Source of the DNA: Candidatus Pelagibacter sp. HTCC7211
GTDB lineage: Bacteria > Pseudomonadota > Alphaproteobacteria > Pelagibacterales > Pelagibacteraceae
Length of the DNA: 32,000 bases
NCBI RefSeq assembly: GCF_000155895.1
Contig: NZ_DS995298.1
Location: forward strand, 990,001 to 1,022,000
Direction of reading: 5' to 3'
In this document: positions 17,165 to 26,898 of the stretch, piece after piece
How positions within the stretch are numbered: the first letter of the stretch is position 1
Layout: each line of letters starts with the position of its first letter
Position numbers and translations under genes: made by a program
Notes under the pieces: generated by a model
Databases searched by the model: none
Seen by the model: the letters and a program-made list of their open reading frames with translations, nothing else
Told to the model about the DNA's origin: nothing

Positions 17165-19791
17165 TATATACCTTTTATTGTTACTGATATTTTATCAATA
17201 TCATTCTTTAAATTATTATAATTAGTTTTTTCTTGTTCAACAATCTCTTTTGGGGCTCTATCTACAAAACTTTTGTTTTTTAATCTTTGAGATATCTTAT
17301 TCATTTCTTCTTGAATTCTATTTTGTTTATTAGTCAAATTTTCTTTAATAAGTTTTAAATCAACATCTTTATCAAAATAAATCTTAAACAAATCACCTGA
17401 GACAACCATTGTTGCAGCTGGTTTATCTATATCATCATTAACAATATTATTTATTCTTCCTAATTTTTTTAGAATAATTTCATTGTTATTGATGAATTTT
17501 TTTTGGTTATCATTAATACTTTTAATAGACATGTCTATAAATGAACCAGGACCTACGTTTAATTCGTTCTTAAAAGATCTAATTTCTGAGATAATGCTTA
17601 TGATATTTTCAACTTGTTCTGTACTAGTATCCTTATTAATTTCACCTGTCGGCCAATTAGCGAACATTAAAAAATCTTTACTTGAATTATCAAATTTGTT
17701 TTTGAGCCAAATTTCTTCAGTAACAAAAGGAATAAATGGGTGTAGTAGAATTAAAATTTGCTTGAATATATAACTTGAAACCTTTTTTACCTCTGATTTA
17801 GCCTCTTCATTATCTGAAAAAAGTATAGTTTTTGATAATTCTAAATACCAATCACAATAAGAATGCCATGCAAACTGATAAGCATTTTTAGCAGCTTCAT
17901 CAAATCTGTAATCTTCTAAATTTTTTTCAATCTTTGATTTTGCATCAATTAATTCTGCATAAATCCATTTATTAATATTAATTGATAAATTTGAAATTTT
18001 ATCAATATTAGTAAAATCACATTCATTTGTGATTAAAAAATTATTAGCATTCCATAATTTGTTTAGAAAATTTCTATATCCTTTAACTCTATCTTCAGAA
18101 AGTTTTACATCAGTACCAGGTGATGCCATTGAAAGAAGAGTAAATCTTAATGCATCAGCGCTATATTTTTCTATTAGATCTAAAGGATCAATAACATTTC
18201 CTTTAGATTTAGACATTTTCTGACCTTTTTCATCTCTTACTAAAGCATGAACATAAATATCTTTAAAAGGCTCTTTGTTTAAAAATTCTGTCCCAAACAT
18301 AATCATTCTAGCAACCCAAAAAAATATAATATCAAAACCTGTAACCAAAACTGAAGTTGGATAAAATTTTTCAACATAATCTTTGTTATCTGGCCAACCT
18401 AATGTTGCAAAAGGCCAAAGACCAGATGAAAACCAAGTATCTAAAACATCTGGATCTCTGATTAATTCAACATCTTTACCATAATGTTTATTAGCAAGTT
18501 CTTTTACTTCTTCTTGATTGTTAGCAACAAAGATTTTCTTATCAGGACCATACCAAGCAGGTATTTGATGACCCCACCAAAGCTGTCTTGAAATACACCA
18601 TGGTTCTATATTGTTCATCCACTGAAAATATGTTTTAGACCAATTTTCAGGAAAGAAATTTGTCTTTTTAGAATTAACAACTTCTTTTGCTTTAACTGAT
18701 AATTTTTCAGCATCCACAAACCATTGCTCTGTTAAAAAAGGTTCAATTATAGAATTTGATCTATCACCATATGGAACTTTATTTTTAATATTTTCTTCTT
18801 TAACAAAAAAATCATTCTCTTTAAGTTCTTTTAAAATTCTCTTTCTTGCCTCAAATCTATCTAATCCAATATAATCTTTTGGAGCGTTTTCATTAATTTT
18901 TCCAGCTTCTGTAAATATATTAATAATCTCAAGATTGTTTCTCTGACCAACATCATAATCATTAAAATCATGTGCTGGTGTGATCTTTAAAGCTCCAGTT
19001 CCCTGCTCTGGATCTGCGTAATCATCTTCTATAATTTTAATCTTTCTTCCAACAATTGGTATTGTAACAATTTTACCAATAAAAGATTTGAATCTTTCAT
19101 CTTTTGGGTTAACAGCAATAGCTGTATCACCCAACATTGTCTCAGGCCGGGTTGTTGCAATAGTTATAAATTCATCAGTTCCATCAATAGGATATCTAAT
19201 ATAGTAAATTTTGGAGTTAACTTCTCTTTGATCTACTTCAAGATCAGAAATTGCTGTTTTTAATACTGTGTCCCAATTTATAAGTTTTTTATCCTTATAA
19301 ATTAAGTCTTTATTATAAAGATCTACAAAAACTTTAATAACAGATTTTGAAAGGTTCTCATCCATTGTAAAAGCATTTCGTGACCAGTCACAAGAACATC
19401 CAAGTTTCTTTAACTGATTGATAATAATGTCGCCATATTGCTCTTTCCATTCCCAAACCTTTTCAATAAATTTTTCTCTTCCAATTTCATTTTTATCTAT
19501 CTTTTCTGTTGTAAGTTTTCTTTCAACTAAAGCTTGAGTTGCGATACCAGCATGATCAGTACCTGGTTGCCATAGAGTTTCATAATTATTCATTCGATGA
19601 TATCTAACCAATAGATCTTGAATAGAATTATTCAAAGCATGTCCCATATGAAGACTGCCAGTTACATTGGGTGGTGGTATAACAATCGAAAACTTTTTTG
19701 AATTATTTTGAGGTTTAAAAAGTTCATTTTTTTCCCAATAAGAATAAATTTTATCTTCAACATCAGAATGTATATATTTATCGCTACTCAT
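17164..19791 (-). CDS. valS: valyl-tRNA synthetase
   Basis: The class I HIGH motif ([14 protein letters not shown]) and the KMSKS motif ([10 protein letters not shown]) are present. The 875-aa length and the C-terminal coiled-coil are typical of ValS. Confidence 0.95.
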   Translation of the reverse strand: MSSDKYIHSDVEDKIYSYWEKNELFKPQNNSKKFSIVIPPPNVTGSLHMGHALNNSIQDLLVRYHRMNNYETLWQPGTDHAGIATQALVERKLTTEKIDKNEIGREKFIEKVWEWKEQYGDIIINQLKKLGCSCDWSRNAFTMDENLSKSVIKVFVDLYNKDLIYKDKKLINWDTVLKTAISDLEVDQREVNSKIYYIRYPIDGTDEFITIATTRPETMLGDTAIAVNPKDERFKSFIGKIVTIPIVGRKIKIIEDDYADPEQGTGALKITPAHDFNDYDVGQRNNLEIINIFTEAGKINENAPKDYIGLDRFEARKRILKELKENDFFVKEENIKNKVPYGDRSNSIIEPFLTEQWFVDAEKLSVKAKEVVNSKKTNFFPENWSKTYFQWMNNIEPWCISRQLWWGHQIPAWYGPDKKIFVANNQEEVKELANKHYGKDVELIRDPDVLDTWFSSGLWPFATLGWPDNKDYVEKFYPTSVLVTGFDIIFFWVARMIMFGTEFLNKEPFKDIYVHALVRDEKGQKMSKSKGNVIDPLDLIEKYSADALRFTLLSMASPGTDVKLSEDRVKGYRNFLNKLWNANNFLITNECDFTNIDKISNLSININKWIYAELIDAKSKIEKNLEDYRFDEAAKNAYQFAWHSYCDWYLELSKTILFSDNEEAKSEVKKVSSYIFKQILILLHPFIPFVTEEIWLKNKFDNSSKDFLMFANWPTGEINKDTSTEQVENIISIISEIRSFKNELNVGPGSFIDMSIKSINDNQKKFINNNEIILKKLGRINNIVNDDIDKPAATMVVSGDLFKIYFDKDVDLKLIKENLTNKQNRIQEEMNKISQRLKNKSFVDRAPKEIVEQEKTNYNNLKNDIDKISVTIKGI

Positions 19792-19914
19792 GTATGCTAA
19801 AGTTTATAATTTAATAATCTAAATTAACAATAATGAATTTAGATCGTTATTTAATAGACTAATCAGAAATATTTAATATAAAAAGGCATCTGAAGCTATT
19901 AGTCAAAACAAGAT

Positions 19915-19988
19915 GGCAACGTGGCGGAATGGTTACGCAGAGGATTGCAAATCCTTGTATCCCGGTTCGATTCCGGGCGTTGCCTCCA
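19915..19988 (+). tRNA. tRNA-Cys (anticodon GCA), CCA encoded
   Basis: I folded the cloverleaf by hand. The acceptor stem is GGCAACG/CGTTGCC. The anticodon stem is GAGGA/TCCTT with loop TTGCAAA. The T arm is CCCGG-TTCGATT-CCGGG. The discriminator is U, followed by CCA. Confidence 0.9.
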
Positions 19989-20038
19989 AAAAAAATCTTG
20001 TTTTAGTTCTAAAAAAAAGTAAGTTGAGATTTTTACAT

Positions 20039-20114
20039 TCCTCGGTAGCTCAGTTGGTAGAGCAGTTGACTGTTAATCAATTGGTCGCAGGTTCGAGTCC
20101 TGCCCGAGGAGCCA
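20039..20114 (+). tRNA. tRNA-Asn (anticodon GTT), CCA encoded
   Basis: The acceptor stem is TCCTCGG/CCGAGGA and the D arm is GCTC-AGTTGGTA-GAGC. The anticodon stem is GTTGA/TCAAT with loop CTGTTAA. The T arm is GCAGG-TTCGAGT-CCTGC. The discriminator is G, followed by CCA. Confidence 0.9.
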
Positions 20115-20205
20115 AAAGAATTTTCACAAATTATTTTTTTATTTTTTGACTTTTGTCAGAGTAAAAGTTCTAAAATTAATTTTTTTGGGTCTTAAAAAAT
20201 AAAAA

Positions 20206-20577
20206 TTATCCTACTTTTGAAATTCCTGCCCCAGAAATTTGTAAAGATTTATTAAATTTTAATTTCTGATCTGTGTTAAGTTCTGAATATAATTTTGTTA
20301 AAAAATTATAATTAACATTCATATGACCTTCTTGAGATTTTTCTAAATTAATTAAGTATTCTGAAAAATCTTCAAAGAAATAGTTAATTGGAACTTTTAA
20401 ATAATTTGATAATTGAAGTAATCTTATAGAACTTACTCCATTGGTTCCTTTTTCGTACTTTTGAATTTGTTGAAATGTTACGTTAATTGCTTTTGCCACT
20501 TTAGTTTGAGTTAAGCCAAGTGCTAATCTTCTTAGCTTAAGTTTATTACCTAAGTGTTTATTGAAATTATCTTCCAT
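20206..20577 (-). CDS. XRE-family helix-turn-helix transcriptional regulator
   Basis: The HTH_3 core is present (LGNKLKLRRLALGLTQTKVAKAINVTFQQIQKYEKGTNGVSSIRLLQLSNYLKVPINYFF). A strong SD (AAGAGGGG) lies 6 nt upstream of the ATG. A TATAAT lies about 45 nt upstream of the ATG on the minus strand. Confidence 0.8.
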   Translation of the reverse strand: MEDNFNKHLGNKLKLRRLALGLTQTKVAKAINVTFQQIQKYEKGTNGVSSIRLLQLSNYLKVPINYFFEDFSEYLINLEKSQEGHMNVNYNFLTKLYSELNTDQKLKFNKSLQISGAGISKVG

Positions 20578-20764
20578 TAAGACCCCTCTTAATTAAATTT
20601 TAAAAGCTCATTGAACAAACTTATTATAGCTACTGCAATAAAAAAATTTTTTATTTTTTAAAAAAATTATAAAAACTCAAATCATGTCAAGCATAAGTTC
20701 TTAGAAAATAACTCAATTTAGGTTACTAAAAACCCTTATAATATGGTCAGAAATTTTAAAAAAA

Positions 20765-21499
20765 TTATAATATTTGACTTAAAAATAGCTTGGTTCTGTC
20801 ACTCTTTGGATTAGCAAAGAACTCTTTGGTTTCTGCTCTTTCAACTATCATTCCTTCATCCATAAATATAACCTCGTCAGCTACTTCTTTAGCAAATCCC
20901 ATCTCGTGTGTTACTACTATCATTGTCATTCCTGCTTTTGCTAAATTAACCATTGCATCTAAGACCTCTTTAATCATCTCAGGGTCTAACGCTGATGTTG
21001 GTTCGTCAAATAACATTATTTTTGGTTCCATACATAATGCTCTAGCAATAGCACATCTCTGTTGTTGGCCACCTGATAATTGTCCGGGATATTTGTTAGC
21101 TTGATCTGCAATTTGCACCTTCTCTAGATGTTGAATTGCTAATTCTTCAGCATCTTTTTTTGGCATTTTCTTTACCCAAATTGGAGCTAAGGTACAATTA
21201 TCTAAAATAGAAAGATGTGGGAATAAATTAAATTGCTGAAATACCATTCCAACCTCAGCCCTTATTTTTTCTATATCTTTAGTGTCTTCCGTTAATTCGT
21301 TTCCATCAACTATAATAGAACCCTTTTGATGCTCCTCTAGTCTGTTTATACATCTTATTAATGTCGATTTACCAGAACCAGATGGGCCACATACTACAAT
21401 TTTTTTGTTTTTTTCAACTTCTAAGTTAATATCTTTTAAAACTTGGAAATCACCAAACCATTTATTCATTTCTGCAATCTGTATTATTTTATCTGACAT
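20765..21499 (-). CDS. aapP: general L-amino acid ABC transporter ATP-binding protein
   Basis: The protein carries Walker [10 protein letters not shown], the signature [15 protein letters not shown] and Walker [13 protein letters not shown]. It belongs to the polar amino-acid (HisP/GlnQ) subfamily and is the last gene of the aapJQMP unit. Confidence 0.9.
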   Translation of the reverse strand: MSDKIIQIAEMNKWFGDFQVLKDINLEVEKNKKIVVCGPSGSGKSTLIRCINRLEEHQKGSIIVDGNELTEDTKDIEKIRAEVGMVFQQFNLFPHLSILDNCTLAPIWVKKMPKKDAEELAIQHLEKVQIADQANKYPGQLSGGQQQRCAIARALCMEPKIMLFDEPTSALDPEMIKEVLDAMVNLAKAGMTMIVVTHEMGFAKEVADEVIFMDEGMIVERAETKEFFANPKSDRTKLFLSQIL

Positions 21500-22941
21500 T
21501 ATCTTTCTGTTTTATATTTTTGTTCTAAATTATAACTATATTTACTCATTGCATAGCAAATAATAAAAAATAACACTGAAGCAAACACATAACCTTCCAT
21601 TGCAAAACCTAGCCACTCTGGATTAGTTTTGGCAAGATTAAGCATTCCTACTATTTCTAAAAGTCCTACTACAAATATTAAAGGAGTGTCTTTTACAAGA
21701 GCCAAAAAAGTATTAGCAATGCCTGGTATAACAAGTTTTAATGCTTGAGGTAAAATTACTAGAATATGCATTTTCCAATAACCCATTCCCAAAGATTTTG
21801 CAGCATCATATTGGCCTCTAGGCAATGCTTGCAAACCACCTCTTATAACTTCAGCCACATAAGCAGCTTCAAATAGTGAAATTGCAATAATTACTCTTAC
21901 TAATTTATCAATAAACATATCCTCAGGTAAAAACATTGGGAACATTACTGAGGACATAAACAATACTGTGATCAGTGGAACACCTCTCCAAAATTCAATC
22001 ATACCTATTGAAATATATTTTATTATTGGAAAATCTGATCTTCTTCCAAGAGATAGAAATAAGCCTATAGGAAAACAGAAAATCAAACAAAAAAATGAGA
22101 CTATAAAAGTTAAGGATAAGCCTCCCCAAGCACCCGTCTCTACCCACTCCAATGCCTCTAATTTACCAAGTTCTATAAGCTCTTCATAAAAAAATACATA
22201 TTTTAATAATATGTAGAGTGTGATCGGAACTATTATGAAATAGTACATTTTAAATTTTGGAGGAATAAAAAATCCTATTATAATTGAAAGAACAGATGCA
22301 ATAATTCCATATGAGAAATCAAAAAATATTGGACCACCAGATATAAAAAAGAAAATAAAGAAAAAAGCAATAACAGGGTAAACGACTACATAATAAAGTG
22401 TTAAATACTTTTTAAATTTTTCTGTAGCAAAAAAACCTATAGTTCCGAGAAAAGCTAAAGCTATAAATGATAGGTTGATACGCCACTGTTCAGCATTAGG
22501 ATACATTCCATACATAAATCTGTTAAACCAAATTTTAATATAGGTCCAACAAGCTCCAGTACCTGTACATACGTCTTTTGAGTCTCCAGCAATACTTGCA
22601 TCTAAAATAAACCAACTTAACAATGGTGGAAGTGATTTAATAACAACAAATACAATTAATAATGATAAAAAAGCATTAAAACTATTGGTATTAATATTTT
22701 TATTAACTACATCTAAAAATTTTATACCTGAATATTCAATTCTAATTAAATGTAATCCCACAAAGCCTAAGATTAATGGCAAAAGAAAACTAATTGTTCC
22801 AGGTAAAAATGAAGTTAAATCTCTACTAAAAAAAGAGTTCAAAAAAACAATAAAGATACTTAGTGAAACTAAAATTATTCCTGTATACAAATATGTATAA
22901 ATGTTATTTTTATCTGGTTGTAAAAAATTTAGTTTATTCAT
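21499..22941 (-). CDS. aapM: general L-amino acid ABC transporter permease (AapM/YhdY-like), long N-terminal TM extension
   Basis: The C-terminal core has the EAA-loop region ([45 protein letters not shown]). The conserved Cys-containing loop [13 protein letters not shown] is seen in AapM-type permeases. The gene has TAATG junctions on both sides. Confidence 0.85.
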   Translation of the reverse strand: MNKLNFLQPDKNNIYTYLYTGIILVSLSIFIVFLNSFFSRDLTSFLPGTISFLLPLILGFVGLHLIRIEYSGIKFLDVVNKNINTNSFNAFLSLLIVFVVIKSLPPLLSWFILDASIAGDSKDVCTGTGACWTYIKIWFNRFMYGMYPNAEQWRINLSFIALAFLGTIGFFATEKFKKYLTLYYVVVYPVIAFFFIFFFISGGPIFFDFSYGIIASVLSIIIGFFIPPKFKMYYFIIVPITLYILLKYVFFYEELIELGKLEALEWVETGAWGGLSLTFIVSFFCLIFCFPIGLFLSLGRRSDFPIIKYISIGMIEFWRGVPLITVLFMSSVMFPMFLPEDMFIDKLVRVIIAISLFEAAYVAEVIRGGLQALPRGQYDAAKSLGMGYWKMHILVILPQALKLVIPGIANTFLALVKDTPLIFVVGLLEIVGMLNLAKTNPEWLGFAMEGYVFASVLFFIICYAMSKYSYNLEQKYKTER

Positions 22942-24086
22942 TATTTTTCTTTAATAGCTATTTTTTTATTATACCAATTCATAAATATTGAAATTGATAT
23001 ACTTAGCGATAAATAAGTTAGCATTGTAATCGAAACAATTTCGATTGCTCTTCCTGTCTGCATTAATGCAGTACCCGCAAATACAAGAACTAAATCTGGA
23101 TAGGCGATCGCTGCTGCAAGGGATGAATTTTTTGTTAAATTCAAATACTGATTAGTAGTTGGAGGTATTATTATTCTTAATGCTTGTGGCATTACAACTA
23201 GTTTTAACACTTGATTTGGGGTTAGTCCTATTGAGGCTGCTGCCTCTTTTTGACCTTTACTAACTCCTTGAACACCTGCTCTAACACATTCAGCAATAAA
23301 AGTAGCTGTATATAAAGATAAAGCTAATGCTAGAGATATTAATTCAGGTGGTAATTTTATTCCACCTTCATAAGTGAAACCAGATTGAGATAATTGTTTT
23401 ATAACAGGAACTTCAATAGACGTATCAACACCACCAAATAAAAAACTTAAAATAGGTAAAATTAACAATAATCCTATTGAAATTGATAAAACTGGTGTTT
23501 GAACACCATCTTTTTCTTGTTTTTTTCTTGCATAAATTCTAATGAAAATAATTGAAATTAATGCAGCAATTACTGAATAAATAAAAATATCTAAGTTATT
23601 CCAAACAAAAGCAGGAACAAAGAAACCCTTTATAGTAAGAAAAAAAACTCCAAACATAGGTTCTGCATCTTGAGGTAATGGAAGTGCTCTTAATGCTGCA
23701 AAATACCAAAAAAATATTTGTAACAACAAAGGTATATTTCTAAAAAATTCAACGTAAACTGCAGCAGTTCTTTCAATTAAATAATTATTTGATAATCTAG
23801 CAATTCCTACAACAATACCAATTATAGTTGCAAATATAATTCCTATAACTGAAACTAAAATAGTATTTAATAAACCAACTAGATATGCTCTAAAATATGA
23901 ATGTGAACCATCAAATTCAATTAATGAAAATTGTACATCAAAAGAGGATTCTTGCGATAAAAAACCATAACCAAAAGTTATGCCTCTATTTTCCATATTT
24001 ACTTGAGCATTATAAGAAAAAAATCCAAATATTAGAATTACAACTAGAAGTGTAAGTAATTGGGGTAATAATTTTTTTATATTCAC
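22941..24086 (-). CDS. aapQ: general L-amino acid ABC transporter permease (AapQ/YhdX-like)
   Basis: This is a multi-TM protein with the EAA-loop region (AECVRAGVQGVSKGQKEAAASIGLTPNQVLKLVVMPQALRIIIPP). It has a GTG start at 24086. Confidence 0.85.
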   Translation of the reverse strand: MNIKKLLPQLLTLLVVILIFGFFSYNAQVNMENRGITFGYGFLSQESSFDVQFSLIEFDGSHSYFRAYLVGLLNTILVSVIGIIFATIIGIVVGIARLSNNYLIERTAAVYVEFFRNIPLLLQIFFWYFAALRALPLPQDAEPMFGVFFLTIKGFFVPAFVWNNLDIFIYSVIAALISIIFIRIYARKKQEKDGVQTPVLSISIGLLLILPILSFLFGGVDTSIEVPVIKQLSQSGFTYEGGIKLPPELISLALALSLYTATFIAECVRAGVQGVSKGQKEAAASIGLTPNQVLKLVVMPQALRIIIPPTTNQYLNLTKNSSLAAAIAYPDLVLVFAGTALMQTGRAIEIVSITMLTYLSLSISISIFMNWYNKKIAIKEK

Positions 24087-24103
24087 AATAATTCAAGACT
24101 TAT

Positions 24104-24131
24104 AAAAAAAAGGGCTAGAAAAATCTAGCCC
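24104..24131 (-). terminator. intrinsic terminator / intra-operon attenuator between aapJ and aapQ
   Basis: On the minus strand the sequence reads GGGCUAGA-UUUU-UCUAGCCC followed by 8 U (plus-strand a-run 24104-24111). The stem arms are 24112-24119 and 24124-24131. It sits 27 nt after the aapJ stop and 17 nt before the aapQ start. Confidence 0.7.
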
Positions 24132-24158
24132 TTTTTAAGTTTTATTTAAAGATATAAA

Positions 24159-25199
24159 TTATCTTGCTGGTGGTACATAAAGTATTCCACCTTTAGTCCA
24201 TAATTCATTTGGACCTCTGTCAGGTAGAATTCCAGTGTCAGCAATATTTCTTTTATAGCTTTCACCGTAGTTACCAACTTGCTTGATAATTCTTAAACTC
24301 CAATCATTATCTAGACCTAAAGCAGCTCCTAATTCACCTTCAGCACCTACTAATCTTTTTACAGCAGGATTATCTGAAGTTTTCATTGAATCTGCATTAG
24401 CAGAATTAACACCATACTCTTCAGCTTCGATCATTACGTTTAGAGACCATCTTACGATATCTTCCCATACAGAATCACCTTGTCTAACAACAGGGCCTAA
24501 TGGCTCTTTTGAAATAGTTTCAGGTAAAACTACGTGATCATCTGGAGAACTCAATTTAATTCTTTGAGCAGCTAAACCAGATTTATCAGTTGTGTATGTA
24601 TCACATCTTCCAGCATCATAAGCAGCAACAACCTCGTCAGCTTTTTCAAAAGTTACTGGCTCATAAGAAATTCCTTTTGAGTTAAAGAAGTCTCTCATAT
24701 TAAGCTCAGTCGTTGTTCCTAAGTTTGTACATGCAGAAATGCCGTTTTTGAAATCATTCACAGATGAATATCCAGAATTTTTTCTAACCATAAAACCTTG
24801 ACCATCGTAGAAATTTACTCCTACGAAAGTAAGTCCGATGTCAGCATCCCTAGAAAGAGTCCAAGTTGTGTTTCTTGATAAGATATCAATCTCATTAGAA
24901 GTTAAAGCAGTAAATCTTTCTTTAGCACTTAGTGGTGTAAACTTAACTTTGTTTGCATCACCCAATACTGCAGCAGCTACAGCTCTACATACATCAACGT
25001 CAACACCAGTCCAATTTCCTGCAGCATCAGCATTAGAAAATCCTGGTAAACCTTGAGATACTCCACATCTTACAAAACCCTTCTTCTGAGTGTTTTTAAG
25101 TGTCTTAGATTTTTTAGCAGCCATTGTCTCTGTTGTAAAAGTAAACAACACAGCAACCATAGCTACTAAAGAAGTTAATTGTTTTAGGTATTTAAACAT
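24159..25199 (-). CDS. aapJ: general L-amino acid ABC transporter periplasmic substrate-binding protein (AapJ/YhdW-like)
   Basis: The protein has a signal peptide (MFKYLKQLTSLVAMVAVLFTFTTETMA/AK). It has type-3 SBP blocks (VRCGVSQGLPGFS, DILSRNTTWTLSRD). It is the first gene of the aap unit. Confidence 0.85.
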   Translation of the reverse strand: MFKYLKQLTSLVAMVAVLFTFTTETMAAKKSKTLKNTQKKGFVRCGVSQGLPGFSNADAAGNWTGVDVDVCRAVAAAVLGDANKVKFTPLSAKERFTALTSNEIDILSRNTTWTLSRDADIGLTFVGVNFYDGQGFMVRKNSGYSSVNDFKNGISACTNLGTTTELNMRDFFNSKGISYEPVTFEKADEVVAAYDAGRCDTYTTDKSGLAAQRIKLSSPDDHVVLPETISKEPLGPVVRQGDSVWEDIVRWSLNVMIEAEEYGVNSANADSMKTSDNPAVKRLVGAEGELGAALGLDNDWSLRIIKQVGNYGESYKRNIADTGILPDRGPNELWTKGGILYVPPAR

Positions 25200-25220
25200 T
25201 ATTCTTCCCTTTAGTTATTT

Positions 25221-25257
25221 TTATTTGTTAACAAATAATTCAAAACGTATTTTGAAT
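25221..25257 (-). promoter_or_regulatory. two abutting perfect inverted repeats in the aapJ leader/promoter (candidate operator or 5'-UTR structure)
   Basis: The first is the 18-bp perfect palindrome TTATTTGTTAACAAATAA (25221-25238). The second is ATTCAAAA-CGTA-TTTTGAAT (25238-25257), with 8-bp arms. They lie 22-58 nt upstream of the aapJ ATG (25199). They are downstream of a weak candidate promoter, TTGAAG (25293..25288)-N17-TTAAAT (25270..25265). Confidence 0.4.
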
Positions 25258-25376
25258 ATTTTTAATTTAAGCATGTAAGAAAATACTCTTCAAGAAAAAT
25301 TAATTAGTAAAAGCTTATTTAGACTAATTCTAGTCAAGCATAAATATTTAAATAATTACAGTGAAAAATGAAGTAA

Positions 25377-25453
25377 TGGCGCGCCCTGGAGGATTCGAAC
25401 CTCCGACCCTCGGTTTAGAAAACCGATGCTCTATCCAGCTGAGCTAAGGGCGC
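25377..25453 (-). tRNA. tRNA-Arg (anticodon TCT), CCA encoded
   Basis: The reverse complement folds as follows. The acceptor stem is GCGCCCT/AGGGCGC and the D arm is GCTC-AGCTGGATA-GAGC. The anticodon stem is TCGGT/ACCGA with loop TTTCTAA. The T arm is GGAGG-TTCGAAT-CCTCC. The discriminator is G, followed by CCA. Confidence 0.9.
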
Positions 25454-25487
25454 AATAATGAATTATTGATACATATATAATACTTAA

Positions 25488-26894
25488 TTAATATTTAAAA
25501 AGAAATTTTTTTGCTATCAACAATAAAGATAAAAGTTCAACCCTTCCTATTATCATGAAAAATATCAGAAAATATTTAGTTAAAAAATGTAGATTGTAAA
25601 AATCAAAATCACTTATTCCATAGGCATATGAATTAACCGTATTCATTAATGTCAAAATTGCCAATTTAAAAGATCTCTCGAAATTAATATCACTAATACT
25701 TAAAAGTGAAGTGAGAAAAAATAGTGAAATTATGAATATTATTATAGTTAGAAAATATTTATTAATTTCTTTAAAATCAAAATTGATTTTAGAAAACATT
25801 AATTTATTCATAAAAATGTTTTTAGGTTTACTAAAAGATAAAATTTGATTGAAAGAATATTTGGTTAATGAGTAGATCTTTAAAAATCTTAATCCTGAAC
25901 TGGTTGAAAAGAAAGATCCACCTATAATAACTAATATCAAATATACAAAATTTAATTCTGGTTGATCTATGTTAAGAGAAATACCAATATTTGAAATACT
26001 ACTTACTAACGATAAGAAGCTATAAGTAAATTTACTATCAAAACTAAAAAAAATAAAAAAAATTGTAACTACTAATATAAAATATAAAAATAAATGAATA
26101 TCTTCATAAAAAAAATTAAGATTTTTATTTCTTAAAAAAACTAAATTATAGATAAAAAAAATACTAAAAAAAGAAACAAGCATCAAAAGTGAAAAAATAA
26201 TTATTTGAGTATCACTAATAAGAATTGTTGATAATTGATTATCAGGTAAAAAACCACCAGATGAAATGATTGTCATTGCCAAATTTAATGAATTAAAAGT
26301 CCTAATACCAAAAATATTTAATATTATAAAAATTGATACTGTAATTGCTGAATAAAGTAAAAAAATTTTAATTGTTTGTTTTAATACTTCAGAACTATTA
26401 AATGATAAGAAATTAGTTAGAGATTTTTTTAAACTATCATCATAAATATCTATTAAAAAAATAATAGAAAATAAAAAATATAATCCTCCAATCCATTGAA
26501 TTGAAGATCTCCATAGAATCAAACCTTGGTCAATTTGTTTAATATTATCAAATATTGTAAATCCTGTTGATGTAAATCCTGAAACAGACTCAAATAATGA
26601 ATTTAAAAATGTTAAATTATAAATACTAAAATAAAAAGGTAGTGATAAAATAATTGGTATTAATATATAGCCTAAAAAAACAGTTAATATTTTTTCAAAT
26701 ATAGTTGGCTTACTTTCATTAGTTTTTAATTTATAAAATAAGAAAGCTATTAATGTTGATGGAATTAAACTGAAGTAATACGTATTTAAATTAAGATATA
26801 AGTTAAAATAATATGAATAAATTATATTAAAAAAAGAAAAAATAGAAATTAATCCAAAAAAAAAACTTAAATATTTTACTCTAAACAAAGACAT
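25488..26894 (-). CDS. trkH: Trk-type potassium uptake membrane subunit TrkH
   Basis: This is a 468-aa polytopic membrane protein directly after trkA (4-nt gap). It has TrkH-like P-loop segments (SVSGFTSTGFTIF, SSGGFLP, ISNIGISL). Its composition is extremely rich in Phe, Ile, Leu, Asn and Ser. Confidence 0.8.
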   Translation of the reverse strand: MSLFRVKYLSFFFGLISIFSFFNIIYSYYFNLYLNLNTYYFSLIPSTLIAFLFYKLKTNESKPTIFEKILTVFLGYILIPIILSLPFYFSIYNLTFLNSLFESVSGFTSTGFTIFDNIKQIDQGLILWRSSIQWIGGLYFLFSIIFLIDIYDDSLKKSLTNFLSFNSSEVLKQTIKIFLLYSAITVSIFIILNIFGIRTFNSLNLAMTIISSGGFLPDNQLSTILISDTQIIIFSLLMLVSFFSIFFIYNLVFLRNKNLNFFYEDIHLFLYFILVVTIFFIFFSFDSKFTYSFLSLVSSISNIGISLNIDQPELNFVYLILVIIGGSFFSTSSGLRFLKIYSLTKYSFNQILSFSKPKNIFMNKLMFSKINFDFKEINKYFLTIIIFIISLFFLTSLLSISDINFERSFKLAILTLMNTVNSYAYGISDFDFYNLHFLTKYFLIFFMIIGRVELLSLLLIAKKFLFKY

Positions 26895-26898
26895 TTGA

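Noticed and set aside
17483-18223. Plus-strand ORFs 17483-17773 and 18029-18223 inside valS
   Set aside because: They are antisense to an uninterrupted 875-aa valS frame that has the HIGH and KMSKS motifs.
19913-20149. 78-aa plus-strand ORF
   Set aside because: It is made up of the tRNA-Cys and tRNA-Asn sequences plus their spacer, so it is an artefact of ORF calling across RNA genes.
19915-20764. Possible genomic island or prophage remnant at the tRNA-Cys/tRNA-Asn locus, since an XRE regulator sits right after the tRNAs
   Set aside because: There is no integrase, no other phage or mobile gene, and no direct repeat of either tRNA 3' end downstream. I looked for CCCGAGGAGCCA-like and CGTTGCCTCCA-like repeats through 20764. 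A single 123-aa regulator is not evidence of an island.
20578-20764. 187-bp spacer after aapP, examined for a terminator or ncRNA (GGTT-ACTAAA-AACC and A/T-only palindromes such as AAAAAAATTTTTT)
   Set aside because: The stems are only 3-4 bp or consist purely of A and T, and there is no U-tail. The region is adequately explained as the XRE gene promoter and leader (TATAAT plus a strong SD).
20790-25278. Plus-strand ORFs 20790-21104, 21968-22189, 22685-22900, 24283-24537, 24838-25056 and 25090-25278 across the aap genes
   Set aside because: All are antisense to the aapP, aapM, aapQ and aapJ frames. 25090-25278 additionally runs through the aapJ start and leader. None has recognisable motifs.
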